64,000 bases of DNA from Peribolospora baueri. Its lineage: Eukaryota. The translations under genes were made by a program, and so were the position numbers. The stretch lies in contig JAMDHS010000004.1 in assembly GCA_029717555.1 (NCBI GenBank), positions 124,001-188,000 of the forward strand, written 5' to 3'. Positions 13,401-29,000 of the stretch are shown here, piece after piece. How positions within the stretch are numbered: position 1 is the stretch's first letter; every line of letters begins with the position of its first letter. The notes below the pieces were generated by a model. The model was not told the DNA's origin, did no database searches, and worked only from the letters and a program-made list of their open reading frames with translations.

Positions 13401-14002
13401 GCCGACGCTCACCACCGCATATCTTTACGGGGATACAGCACGGTCCTGTATATACATTCCAACAGAACCTAATGAATCGCCTTCATAGCTTGAGCACTCA
13501 ACAGGTCCGCTTTAAATTTGCGGCTTACGGTATCGTTCCTACGAGACCACGTGACGCTCAAGCCGCTTCGGCGCGGTCCTACCGGCACTGCCTTGGTGCC
13601 TCGCTTTGCGTATCTAGATAAATGTGCAACCTGACGAGCTCGACAGAACCAGCGAGTGAGGAATTTCGACTTGAAATGGAAACCCGGCCGAGATCCGGTC
13701 CGCGATGGGATCCAACACGGGCAGGCGTCCTGGAGAAGGAAGACCCGGACGACGCAGAGAGGACAAGGAAAGAGGGAGTGGCGCTGCTGCGGCACGCGGG
13801 AAGAAGAAGAGCAGTTGAAGCAGGCGAAGAAAAAAAATCTGGGCAGAGGGCGGCGAAGGGGGCGAGACGGCATAAGAGACGGCCAGCGCCCACTTCCTCC
13901 TTCTCTTCCTCGCACCACCTCTTCTTCCACCACTCCCTTCGCTCTCCTCCTCCTCCCGTCTACTTTCCCTTTCTCTCGTAAAAAAACTTAAAAGTGAGCT
14001 AG

Positions 14003-15831
<1,829 letters not shown>

Positions 15832-16897
15832 GCCAGCTGTGGCGCTTCGCGGGCGGCCGTGCTGCAAACTATTGCTTGTTCGGACCACCGCGCCCCCTCT
15901 CTTCACGCCCGCCGCGGTGCCAGGCGGAGTTTTGGCACCCAGTCTTTCCCCTTATTCTCGCATCATCTTGTATCGTACTCGTTTCGTCTTTGATCGATTC
16001 CAGTGCGATCTCATGTGCCCGTGTGTGTTTTGGGAGTTGTCACCGTCCGTTGAAGACCGAAAGCCAGTTGGAGAAAGCGGCCATTGCAGAAACATTCAAA
16101 AAAAAAAGCGGACGGATAACATCCATTCGATTTCTAAGACCGTTACGGTGCATAGGATGCGCTTCATGTTGAAGGTGCCGTTATGGATCCCCTACAGACT
16201 GACAAGCTCGCTCCGGCATCCGGGCAATTTTCAAAACCCTGCTTGCCGAGGGTTAAGCCTTTGAGAGCGATGACGACGTCTGCGTGGATCGATCCTTAGA
16301 ATCTGGCTCTCCCGGTTCGTTACCGTGTTCGATCGCAGCAATTCTCGGGACACTGTCCAGCTGTGTACCATACGGAACACGATGGATACGTTTGTGCAAC
16401 AGGAGGAAGGAAGACGTATTGACAGGTATATGTATCCTTTGTTCATCGCGGAAGAGGGCGCTGACCTTTTGCTCCCTCCTCCTCGGTCCACCTCCACCGC
16501 CGAGTCAACGGACGAGTCGAGGCAGGCGGTCGGATGGAGCGGAAGAAAAAGTGGACCCACGAACCTCGTTCGTCGAAGGACACACCCTCCCTTGCCCAGG
16601 AGCTGAACCGGGCCATAGCTCTCCCTCGAGCCAGATCTCCTTTCCACACTTTCCCTCGCCTTCCCCTCCTTTCACGTTTCACGTCTCCCCAGGGTTTGGC
16701 TCCCAACCCCCCCACCTGCCACCGTCGCTATGACCATTCCGAAACCACACAGTCAAGCCAAACTTTGACTCGTTTGTCGTCTCGCTCGCCACGCCGACTA
16801 AACCGCGTTTTCCTCTTACACTGGTCGTCCCAGAACTCCCCCAATGCCGCAACATCCACCGACTCCAATCCTCCCCCCTTCCCAACCACTCGCGCGA

Positions 16898-18197
16898 TTA
16901 ATCCGCCTTCTTATCGCTCACGTTTCCCTGAGCCTTGTTGAGTTCGTCGGAAAGGCGGTTGTACTCGGCGTGCTGTTGCGCCGCTTGCTTTTTGAGCGTC
17001 TCTGTGAGAGTAGCAACGGGGAAATCGGTTTGCGAAGGTGAGAAAAATGATTGTTCTTCCGCACATGCATCAAAATGGAGTATCCTCTCTGCCCACCGAT
17101 CTCCTGCTTGTGCTTGGCTTCAAGGCCGCCGTCCGCCTTATCCTGGAAAGCAGATAGTACGTAAAGGAGAAAGGGGGGAAGGGAGGCGCAAAACGCAGCA
17201 CGAACGATTCAGTTTTCAGTTGCACGGACCGCACGGGATGGTGACACGTTGAGCCATGAATTCGAGACGAGCTGACTCACGGCTCCCTTCTTCAGTGCGA
17301 CAAGCTCCTCCTGAGCGTGGATGAGATCTTGAATGAGCGAGTAGGTGCGGGAGAGGATCCTGATATGATGTACGACGGAAATCAAAGGGAAAAGAGGTCG
17401 AGTCAAATGCCAGCGCGCGCACCGACAAGAACAATCAGGTACTTCGGCGCGGCTAAGTCATCGTGACTCACAAGCTCAAAAACAGAGTAAATCCGGTGAG
17501 GTACATGTTCCTCTGCGTGTAAAACTTGCGCGCGGCATAGTTGGTCTCCGTGCGCACGTCGGCGTGGATGCCGGTTCCACCTCCCCGGGTCGCTTCGGAG
17601 TCGGACACGACGCGGAGCATGCGCTGAACAGAGTCGACGAAGAGGACTGCGATGAAGCTGGTGAGGAAACAACAGGGTTCAGTTCCTGATGCGACAAATC
17701 CACGTTGCCCTTTTCACGACCAGCGAACGGACCACCGCCTCGTCCAAAAGACCGCGCTCGACCACGCTTGGAGTCTTCTCACATGAACGTGATCTTCAGG
17801 CCGTACTGAATCTGGGCCACGATCGGGTTCTCAGCGAGGAACTTGAACAGCTTGCGGCGCATCGTGAAAGGAAGAGGGATCTGTGCAGGTACGAAAAAAG
17901 ATAACGAGCGAAAGATAAGACGCATGGTCAGATCAGCATGAAGGGTTCGCCCAACGGACAGGACCTGTACCACGAGTGGAGAGTAGGTGAACGCCGCGTA
18001 CTCACTGCAAGAACGAGGAAGGTGACCATCTGAGAAGAGCAACAAAGCCAGGAAGACGGCGAGCGGAGAGAGCACAGCCAGACAAACATGAACGCGCGTG
18101 GTCAGTCGCCTCCTTTCCCTTGCCGCCGGGAGCGGGGTGGAATGTCACGCACCTCGAAAACGAGGAGGATGAATGCGAGAGTGTAGTAGAGCGTCAT
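16898..18197 (-). CDS. BAP31/BAP29 (Yet3-like) ER membrane protein, multi-exon
   Basis: Spliced: MTLYYTLAFILLVFE-MVTFLVLA-IPLPFTMRRKLFKFL...LFVDSVQRM...ARKFYTQRNMYLTGFTLFLSL...KQAAQQHAEYNRLSDELNKAQGNVSDKKAD*. Ends in a KKxx ER-retrieval motif. Confidence 0.92.
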
Positions 18198-19101
18198 CTT
18201 GGGCGACCTTTGCTGTCTGTCCTGTCTCTGTAATCTGGCTGATGTATTGTACCTAGGTGGCGGGGGAGAAAGGCCGACTTGAGACGAAGGTGAACGGGGC
18301 GGGGATGGATGATAAGAGAAGAGAGGAGAGGAGAAGGGATGAGGCAGGACTTGGACGATGGGCTCGCCCAGGTTCGCGCCGGCTCGATCGGTGACGTCGC
18401 ATGAATTCCACCTTCCACGTGCACATTCCGTGGATCGCCGCGCTGCGCTGCGCCGACGAGGGCGCGAACGGACATGATATGAAAGCCCAGAGTCGGACTC
18501 ATGACGAACATGCTTGAATACCTTCGTTTCCTATTTGTTGACGAGTAGGCGGGTGTGGACGCTGGACAGTGGAGCGTACATTCAGGTTTATATGCAAGTC
18601 ATCAACGAGAACGGTTTGCGCCAGGATGGCCAATGACGACCTCTGACGACGGTAGAGCGCTTTTGTGAACGAGACTGGGCGACGAGACCTTCGGGGCAAA
18701 AGCAGAGGGGACACGGGCGACCAGGACGGGTAGATGCTATACACGATAGGAAACCAACGACTAGGGCACTCAGAGATGCAACAGCGCCAGAAACAGGCGA
18801 ACGAGGGAGACGTCTCTGAAAGCACATGGAAGGCCATGGAATATCGAGGAAAAGAAGGCAGAAGCGAAGCATACCGGACCGGGGATCAGATGAGTTTTGT
18901 GCGAGCAATCGGCTTGTTTGTTTGGGTGTTTAGGCGAACGGAGCAAGAAAAACCAAAAACATCTGCGCCGAATCATCATCGTTGTCGTCGTCACCGTCGT
19001 CTCCCACAACGAACGGCGTCTGTCACGTTCTATTCGGCGAGAGCCATCTTCACGCTTCTCCCAACCTCATACGTTTGTCGTCGCGAGCGCTTTCGTCACG
19101 C

Positions 19102-20881
19102 TCACAGCTCCTCCGGGCTCGGCGGCCTGGAGAAGGAGAGGGCCATTGAGTAAACCGAGCCGGCGTCCGCTTCGCTTCGCGTGTCAAGGTCGGACACGCC
19201 GTCGAGGTGCTGATGCGAACGGAAGCCATGTCCGTCAGAGCCGAGATAAACGATGAGACGACCCTCACCGGACTCTCACCTCATCGAAATAGTGAGCGGC
19301 CTGCGAACGAGGCGTGCGTGGCGTGCGCGGCAGACGGTAGGACAGGCCGCTTTGCCTGAGGTAGTACGCGAGCGAGGGAACGACGTCAGTTTGACCCATC
19401 CGATCTCAAACGACACGCCGACCAGAGTAGAAGCTCACATGATACTGAAGGCAATGAGACCCGTCCACCCAGTCTGATGTGAAGCGCCCAATCCCCTGCC
19501 ATCATCGGCATTGAAATACTGCGAGCGCCGCCAAACGACACGATCAACAGAAGTCAGCGAACGACCAACCCCAGTCCGCTCCGCGAGTCTCGAGGGACAA
19601 TCCGCTCACCTCGTGGAATAACACGTGGTCACGCCAGTACGGATCCCAGTCAAAGCGCTCGTCACCGCCGTTGCAGGCGCGACGCATCTCGTCGTCGCGG
19701 CTGAAGATGTTGATGAGCCGATGCTGGATCTCCTCGGCAACGTGACCGAGATGCATATAGTCGCCGCTGCTAGTCGGGCACTTGACCTTGAGAGAGTCGC
19801 CATAGAACTGGTAAAAGCGCTGGAGCGACTCGATGAGCAGAAAGTTGACCGCCAACCAGATCGGGCCACGCCAGTTCGAGTTGCCGCCGAACATGCCCGA
19901 GTGAGATTCGCCGGGCCAATAGCCGACACCAAACTCTTCGCCGTTCACGTTCGTGCTCCAAGGATGGTCCTTGTGATAGCGCGAGAGGCTGTTGCACGTC
20001 AGACAAGACGAGCGGAGAGCGGGTCAGCAACCGCAAGCACTCGTACGACACCGGAGCGAGCGACCGCACACCCAACTCACGATCGAACGCCGTGCTGGCT
20101 GAGGAACTCGGATTCGTCGAGCATGCGCTGAAGGATGGAAACCAGACGGTCTTTATTTACCATCGCAAGAAGCCGACGGTCCGCCTTGCCAGAGTCTAGT
20201 GGGCAGGGGAACGACGGGAGTGAGAGGAGGACCGACAAGAGACGTTGAGCGCTACGAGACATCGGAAGGTCGCGCACACAGACTCACAAGCCATGTTGGA
20301 GATGTTCCTCTCGGCCAGATCGGGACGGTGGTCGATGAACCATTGCATGCGCTTGGCGAACCCGGGGAACCTCTTGAGGACGATAGGTTCGAGAGTGAGG
20401 GTGGCGAACAAAGGGATGAGGCCGACCAGAGATCGCACGGGGATCTGCATCGAGCGATGCTCTCCCCAAGAGATGGCATCGTAGTAGAAGCCGTCCTTCT
20501 CGTTCCAGAGGCTCAGTTCGTCGTCATCGGAGTCCTTGAACGTCATGGCGTCGGCAATGAAGATGAAGTGTTCAAAGAACTTGGACGCGATGTCCTCATA
20601 CGTCGGGTTGTGCTTGGCGAGCTCCAAGGCCATGTTGAGCCTGGCGCACGACGCAAATGGTCCCCATGCGCGTCGACGATCATCAGCGCATGTGAACAAG
20701 GCGATCGAGAGAAGCTCGTGACTTGACTCACATGTTCAAACAGAAGAACGCCATCCACGCTGTCCCGTCCGCCTGACGGAGGACACCCCCCGTGGGGAGG
20801 GGTTCTGAACGGTTGAAGGGACCGATGTTGTCGAGGCCAAGGAAGCCGCCCTCGAAAACGTTGTTGCCGTCCTTGTCCTTC

Positions 20882-20916
<35 letters not shown>

Positions 20917-23899
20917 CTGGAAGACGCGCTCAAGGAAGTCGAGGTCCTCCCGGCCGTACAGCTTTCGCTCGACCTTGAATACACGGAACGTTGCCCTGTG
21001 TTTCGATGAACAGCAAGGAGAAGGAGTGAGCGTCCCTCCGGACGACGGCAAGCCCAAAGGACCAGCACGAACGATGCTCCTCACCAAGCGTGTACGGGCG
21101 GGTTGACGTCGCTAAAGTTCCACTCATAAGCAGGGATCTGACCATCGGGCTTCATGTACCACTCGCGAGTGAAGAGGTCGAGCTGCTTCTTGGCGAACGC
21201 CGGGTCTACCATGGCAAGAGGGATGGTGTGGAAGGCAGTGTCCCACACCGCGAAGAAGGGGTACTCCCACTTGTCCGGCATCGACAGGATGTCGTCGATA
21301 TAAAGGTGTTTCCACTCCTGTCGCCCGAGAGGATGGATAGAATCGCCGAGTCAGCTATCCGCCACGGAAGCGACGACGGCCAGATGTACGGCCGAGAGCG
21401 GACCAGAGGAAGGTCATGCATGCTCACCCGGTTGCGCACGTATTTCCTCTCCGGCGGCGGCGGAGGCTGACCGGGGTCGCCCTTGATCCACTCTTGCTGG
21501 ATGAACATGTAGAACTGCTTGGACCTTTGTTTGGGCGAGACGAGCGAAAAGGGAATGACAGAGACATCACGACTCAACATCTCTCGGTCCCACCGACGGC
21601 TGCAAAGATGGAACGAAGGACGCGTGCTGGCGCTCACCATAGCATGCCCGCCAACGCCTGCCTCTGAATGTTTTTGAGATCTTCGCTCAGCGGCCCGCCG
21701 GCGAGCCGGGCGTAAAACTCGTCCGCGTCGTAGCGCCTGGCCTCGACGACGGCGTCAAACTTTTCGTCGTCCATAATCGCAGAGTCCTCCTCCGGCGTGC
21801 GCGGGGTAAGCTTGAGCCTGACGACCGCGCATCCGCCCTTGGCGGGCACGGCATGGAAGACGTAGTGCGCGCCCGCCTTGGTGCCTGACTTTTCCGGGTT
21901 GACATAAGCAACGCGCGGCGACTCGGGCATCTCCTCGTACTCCTCATCCTCCTGCACCTCCTCGGGCACCTCATCAAACTCGTCTTCCTCTGACGACCCT
22001 AAGCCCAAAGACGAAGAAGGCTCCTCGCCGCCATTCACCTTTCCGTTTACCATTCCGGACGACTCGCCCTCCCTCGTCTGGGACGCGATGGCGTCGTTGG
22101 CCTGCCGCCGGACCCTCGGCACGCGTTTAGTGATCGTCTTCTTCACCTTGCGGGTCTTCTTGATGGGATGGGCGCCGGGAGGGCGGTGGGAGGGGATGAT
22201 GTGGTCGTGAAAGGCGTCCTTAGCGAAGCTGCGGTTCTTACCGCCCCAAAGGCGCTCGAAATTGGTTTCGTTCTCGGTGAAGAGCAGGTCGGGAGTCACG
22301 ATCTCCTCGCTGATGGGCTCCGGAGAGGGTGGCGCTTCACCGTCGGAGAAACGACGGCCGGAGCGGACGGGCGGCGAGGGGGCGGGACTAGCGGTGGCGT
22401 AAAGGTGCGTCTGTCCGAGTGTGGGATGTGTCGCGGCGATGGTGCTCTCGCCCGTCGCCCTCAGGTTGGGCATGTTGCCGCCCTCTCCGTCCCCCTCTTT
22501 ACCCCAAGACCAAGTGTTGCGGAACCATAGTTGGGGCAAGATGTGTAGGTCCGCCGGCTCGGGCCCGCGATTGTAGGCGGTGATGCGAATGGACATGCCG
22601 TTCTCGTTGTCGGCGTCCTTGGCATACTGTACGGATGGGCGGGGGGAAGTCGCGACATTGTTGAGTGAGATGAGCGGGCGACGACGACGGCAACGTCTGG
22701 TGAGCGACTCACCTCCACGTAAATGTCCCAATACCGATCCTCATCAAACATGTCCGTGTCAGTGATCTCAAATTCGTCCACATCCCGCGATCGATGTTGG
22801 CTCTCGCGCACGAGCTGCTCGTAAGGGAAGGCAGCCTGAGGATATTTGTAGAGGTACTTCATGTACGAGTGTGTGGGCGTGCTGTCGAGATACCAGTAAA
22901 CCTCCTTTACGTCTTCGCCGTGGTTGCCTGGAAGCGTGGTGAATACGAGCGGCAAAGACGAGTGTCAAGGCGAAGCATGTGGAAAGCGTACAGGGAGGCC
23001 TGCATTGTGACGCACCCTCATGGCCTGTGACGCCGAAGAGCCTCTCCTTGAGGATCCTGTCCTTTCCGTTCCAAAGCCCCACGGAGAAGCAGAGGCGCTG
23101 GTGGTTGTCTGAGATTCCCCCGATGCCATCCTCGCCCCAGCGGTAGGCACGCGAGCGCGCCTGCTCGTGAGGGAAGTGGGTCCACGCGTCTCCGTTGGCC
23201 GAGTAATCTTCGCGAACCTGGGACGTGCGAGTCACCCGGGGGAGCGAGCATGAAAGGTGTGAGGGAGAGAGCTCAAGAGACAAGACGCCGCGCAAACGCC
23301 GTTCACTCACGGTGGCCTGGAAAAAAAGAGGGCGCGAGCGGCGACAAAACAGACACCGAGTTGGTTGGCAGAGGAGAAGATCAGCGCATTTTTCACCCAT
23401 GCTCGTCGAGGCGAGCTGGCTCGACCGAAAGAATGTCGACGACAGACGAACGAAACGTCGGGCTGGCGCGCACACTCACCCACTGCCTCTCGCTGAGATA
23501 AGGACCCCACCGCTTCCAATGCCTCTCCTTCCTCCCGTCTTCCTCCAACCGGACCTCCTCGGCGCTCATCCACCCCACGTTCGTGTCCGTCTCGTCGACG
23601 CTGTACGGCTGCTGCTGCTGCTGCTGCTGGGAACCGTCGTCGTCGTCGTCATCGCAGTGGCGATGAGCAGCCTGAGCTTCGTGGCCGCGGTGATCGACGC
23701 CGGCGTGATCAGCCGTGGGAAGCTCAGGACCTCGCATGCGCTCGTTCTGGCCCGGGGCAGGAGCAGGAGCGTTGGCGTTGGTCGTCTTCTTGTGCAACAT
23801 CCCGGCCGCGGCGGCGCCGGGGTGTCCAGGGATCCGGACGCTCAACCCTTCTGCGGGCGGGGGAGTGGCCCTGTCGGTGCCGTCGGTATTGCCGCTCAT
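19102..23899 (-). CDS. Glycoside hydrolase family 63-like protein (YMR196W / MGH1-like six-hairpin glycosidase), many introns
   Basis: [114 protein letters not shown]. Last exon ends ...[12 protein letters not shown] at 19104-19102. Confidence 0.93.
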
Positions 23900-25235
23900 G
23901 GTGAGGGGGGGCGTATCGTTGTGTGGTCAGAGGGTAGCGCGGAGGAGGGCGCGCGGGCGAGGGAAGAGGGGACAGACGGGTGACGGTCGATGGAAGGAGA
24001 GGAGGAGCGAGGGGATGACGGATGAAAGGGAGGATATGGACAGGGGGCGAGAGGGAGGCGAGGCGAGCGGACGGACGGACGAGCGTGTTGTGGCGTGCTC
24101 GCAGGGACTGTGCGAGGGCAAGAAGGAACGAGATGGGAGAAGGACGATGGGAGTAGAAGGCGAAAGGAGGAGTCGATGATGTCGTCGTGTGCAAGTTGCG
24201 AACGGGCGATCGAGTTTAGCCTGGACCGATCACGTGCTAAGTAAGAGGCTGATGAACGATAGCCAAGACGTTGCGAGACGACGGACGGCCGACGCGTCGA
24301 CCAACTCTGCCAGTTTACGATCTGATCTCGTCGTAGACGGCCGGCCTTCCGTTGTTGCGCCCCGGGCTACAATGTCTGAACGGCTTGTCCGAGATCTATG
24401 ACCACGTACGCGCGCAAACGGCCGCCATAGGTCTGCTCAGACGGACGGGGGGAACACTCGCGGGCCTGTCTGGCTCGTCTCGGGAAGCTGAGACGGGGGA
24501 AAACCACCTCGCCAATGGTCGTCTGTTCCACATATGCACTCCCTCCGGAGACAGGCTCGTCACGATCACCAGCATCCACCCGTCGTCGATCGCCAATAAC
24601 AGACAAACTAATTACCGCAACGGATCTATCCTCCACACGCCCACGTACGCCCGCTCTCTCCTCGCCGACGAGCCCCGCCCGCTCCCCCTTCGTCTCCATC
24701 CGCTTCGCGTATGCATGGACGGCTCTGGGCATACGGAGCGGAGCGAGATAGATGAACATAGGCAGTCAGCTCCTTCCTCCCTTCCTTGAAGTCAGTCCGT
24801 CCAACCACGCCGTCCTCCCTTCGTCATGCGCGTGGTGCACGAGTGCGTGTACGCATTCAGAGAGCAGTCTGTGAGGACTCGTCCGGCTGTCAGAGTCGGA
24901 GTGAGGACGTCGCTCGCGTGTGGAGACGACCGAGCAAGCCCACCGATCCACCGATCTGCGGACGGAAGTGACCGGGAATATCCGGCGGCCGGCGGATGAA
25001 CAGAGGCGCACGTCACTCCTGCGGCCAGGCCAGTCGATCTCCTAGCGTAGGATCCTTCTGCACGACCGGCGAAACCATACTTGGAACACGACACGATGAA
25101 CGCAATCTCAGTACATGTGAAATGGAGGTGGGAACGAGTACAATGAGGTCGGGACGGTCCGGGTTCAGGCGACTCCAGAAAAAAAAGGCGGAAATGGAGT
25201 AAACAAATCAGATTCGAGCGTCCTCTTAGCGCTCT

Positions 25236-26052
25236 TCAACCTGACTTGTACTTGTCAGCGTTGTCGGAGCGGCTGCCCGGGTCGAGCTGGTTGTGGAGGC
25301 CGAAAAGCGCCTTGCTCATCGCCTCGCTGGCGCCGATCATCGGCTTGAGAATCGCGATGGGCACGGCGCGAACGACAGGTCGAGAGGTGCCCTGGGTGAA
25401 GAAGAAGTACAGTCACAGGACGGAGCATGATGAGAAGAAGGCGGCTGGACGACGGGCATAAGAGGCGCGCGAGGGACTGACCTCTGAGCCTGTGCGCTCG
25501 TAGACCTCCATCGGTAACGCCAGGATCGTCTGTGCCGCCGCGTTAAGGTTCTTACTCAAGCTCTGATAAGCTTCCTTGAGGCCTTCCCGGACGTCCGCAG
25601 GCTGGTGCGCGTACTTGCTAATCATCTCCTCCATCTCGCTCTCCAACGCCTCGCTCGCCGTGCCTGCGTCCCCGGCAGATGCAGATGTTCCCGAAGATCG
25701 CTCCGCGACAGTCTCGCCGTGGACGCGGCGATCCACTCGGCCGCCCAGGACGGTCTCCGCCTGTTCGAGGATAACCTGTGTGCCAGTCGCTAGCTTGGCG
25801 CCAAGCTTGATCGCCTCCATAGCCGTCGTCTTCGCAAATGACGTCGCTCCTTTCTGCACCCCGCGAGCCAGACGGCGATCACGCTGGTATTGCTCGACGG
25901 GTAGAAGGACAAGATTGGCGAAGCCCGAGCCGAGGTTGACGAGCGATCGGACCGGAGACAAGCCCGAGAGCACATCCGCAAGCTGATTCGCCTTCACGTC
26001 TGGCGTCCAAATGTCCTGAAGGGCGTCCGAGAGACGTTGCCAGCCGGAAACC

Positions 26053-26088
<36 letters not shown>

Positions 26089-29000
26089 GGTGCGTCGTGC
26101 GTTGTGAGCGAAAGGGCCGAAACTGGGAACAAAATACGTTGACTCACGCCTCGCAAGGTGATATGACGCAAAGTCATTTCCACGCCGTCGAAGTGAAAGA
26201 AATTCATCAGCTCTATCGTCTTTCCTTCCTTCAGCTGGCGGTAGTTGACGCGCTTGGGCTTGTAGTCGAGCTTGAGACGGACTGCGAAAATTTCGGCCAT
26301 TTCTGCGGGGGGGGAGGAAATCTTTAGCGTTGCACTCACACGAAAGGGGACCAATGCACATCTACGCACGAATAAATGTTTGGTCTTTAGCAGCAACCGC
26401 GTTTTTAGCAGCCGCTTGAGGATCTTTGAAAGCGAAGAAGGCTTTGAGGAAGTCTAGGGCGTCTTGGTCAACGTGCAAGCGCAGAGGGGCGACTCGAACC
26501 TGTGGTGGATAACCAGCATTGAGCAAACTTGGCTACCAGGAAAGATGGTTGATGCACTGTACTCACCCTCAGCCTCGCTTCCTCTGTCGGTTGACCAGGG
26601 ATCGGACGAACCATCTTGAGCTCCACTTTGGCCATCTTTGAGTCCGTCTCACGGATGGTCGAACCGCTCGGGCGCATGTCGGTCAGAAACTTGCGCCAAG
26701 TCGATGTCTTGATGTTGTCTATGATGTCAAACTCGCGCACGTCCACGGTGATGCACGAAGCGTCGCTGTGGCCAAGCTCGTACGCATTCCATTCGAGCTC
26801 TACTCCCCGCAGGTTGATCTCGATGGAGAAGTCGCGCGACCGAGCGAGACGCTTGAGCGCCCGAGAAGCCTGGGACGGCTGACGCTCCATCTCCGTGCGA
26901 TGGAGAGGCTGGAATGTGCTCGCTTGCGATGCCGTCTCGGAACCTTGTCCAAGCTCGTCGTCGATCGCGTGGATGATCTCGGCTGGCTCCATGTCCGACA
27001 CTTCGTCCGGCAAACCGATGTGCACAGATTCGAAGAGCACGCTCGACATCATGTTCTCCGCGCTTTCGTCGGGCGTCTGACCCTCTGCCAAAAGTTGTCG
27101 GATCTTCTGCAGGCGTCTCCGCACGGCCTTGCGCTCCTCCTCGATCGCCCAGCGAGTTTTTTGCCAGTCGTAGCCCCCATGCAGACGAACGGTGACATTA
27201 CAGTCGTGTACACGCACGCGGCGAAGGCTGACTCGAGATCTGAAAACAATCGAGTATCACTTTCGTTGAGCTCCAAAGCGAATAGCGGCGAGATAGAGCA
27301 GCACTCACTCGGCGGAAAGAGCTTCCTCGACAGCCAGATTTGACTCGTCGAAGTAGTCGTCGACGAGATTGACGCCGTCCGGGTGCAAGATGCGCACGGT
27401 TACATCCTCGGACACGGAGACGAAATGATCTCGTTGGGGTGGAGCGAGGACGGAGATGGAAGAGTCGTCGGTGGCGTAGCCTTCCTCGTGCTCGTGCCCT
27501 CCGTCAGCAAGCATCATGGGGCTATCGATTGGGGTCACCATGTAGTCTGGGTGCTCAGGCAGGTCGTCTTCAACCATATCGACCGCTGACGGAATGGGCG
27601 CCGCACCGCGAAAAGCATCGTCGTCCAGTGAGGCGAGCAGGTCTGTGAGGCTCCTCGAGGAGGACAACGACGTGGAACTTGGGGCCTTTTTCGAACGCCG
27701 TGGGACGGGTTGCGAGCGCGAAGGTGGGGGTGCAGGTGGCAAGAACGAGCTCAGCACGTCCGGTAGGACCGCCAGTGAGTCGGCGCAAGCTGTGACGATG
27801 ACGTTTGCGCGGTTGATTTCGAGCTGTAGGGATTCATGACGAGGCGAGGTCCGCATGAGAACTGTGTTCGGAACATGATGTCCGCCGTAGACTCACATCT
27901 AGCTGAGGGCGGACCCATCCAGTGGATGTGCGTATTGACGCGTCGAACTCGACCAACTCGAGCATTCGAGCAAAGCCGAGATTCTGAATATTGACGAGAA
28001 GGAGATATGTGAGTGTAATGACTTCATTGAGAGAAGGTATCCTACAGGGAAAGATCCACCTTCCAATGCTGATCGGGGGCGTCCGCCCGCTCCTCCGTCC
28101 TCTCGGCGTTCCGATTATCTTCCAACAAGAACAGGCCAAGAGAGAGGCTGCCAAGCTTGGAGAAGATGGAGGGAGCATCAGGAATCAGGTTGCATGCGTA
28201 CGAAAGCTTGGTGAAAGTCGCCGCCAATCGAGCCTCGGAATCGGACGGGATCGCGAGCACCGAGCCGTCTAAGAGCGTTGCGGACAACCGGGTGACCTCG
28301 CTGGGAGGCACATTCTCGAATGCCTGGATCAGGGGGGCGCAAGACATGAGTCGTTCATCAGTCGAGGGGTGCTCAAACCCAATCTAGACCAAAGGTACAT
28401 GCTCACACCCTCAGGAGACCTTGAGTATTCCGCAAGGTCTTTGAAGAGGCCCGAGGCGGTGCGAAGGACGAAAGTGAAGTCGGCCAATTTGGCGTTGATG
28501 GCCGACTCTTTCAGTCCAAACTCGAGATCCGCTGATGAGACGGCCTTGAGGACGAGCATCGGACGTGGACGCTGGGTCTGGAGGACGGAGAAACGAAATC
28601 AGCTCGGCATGTCGCCCAATACCAAAAAAGCGTGCTACGCTCACAATGTCCCTCTCCAATGTTCGATAGAAGAGCCCTGGTTCCTCCGTCATGGATAGGT
28701 CTTGAAGATCGAGATCCAAGACGCGCAGCTCCACAGTGGTGGAGTTCTGGCCTTCTCGCTCCGTCGCAACAGCGACACTTAAGTCGGAGGCAGAGGCACG
28801 GACCCGTCTCACTCGCTCCCCGTTCTCGTCGGTCGGCACCATTAACATGATTTCCGCTGCAAGCGCACAAGGGGGAGGCCGGCTCAGCATCAGTTCGTTC
28901 GAGCCGAACGGCCCGAAGCGCCGGCGCTACTCACTTTCCGAGACGTCCAGTCGCGCCGTCGTGTCTCCAGATTCCTCCTCCCCTAGCCTGGACCCATCGA

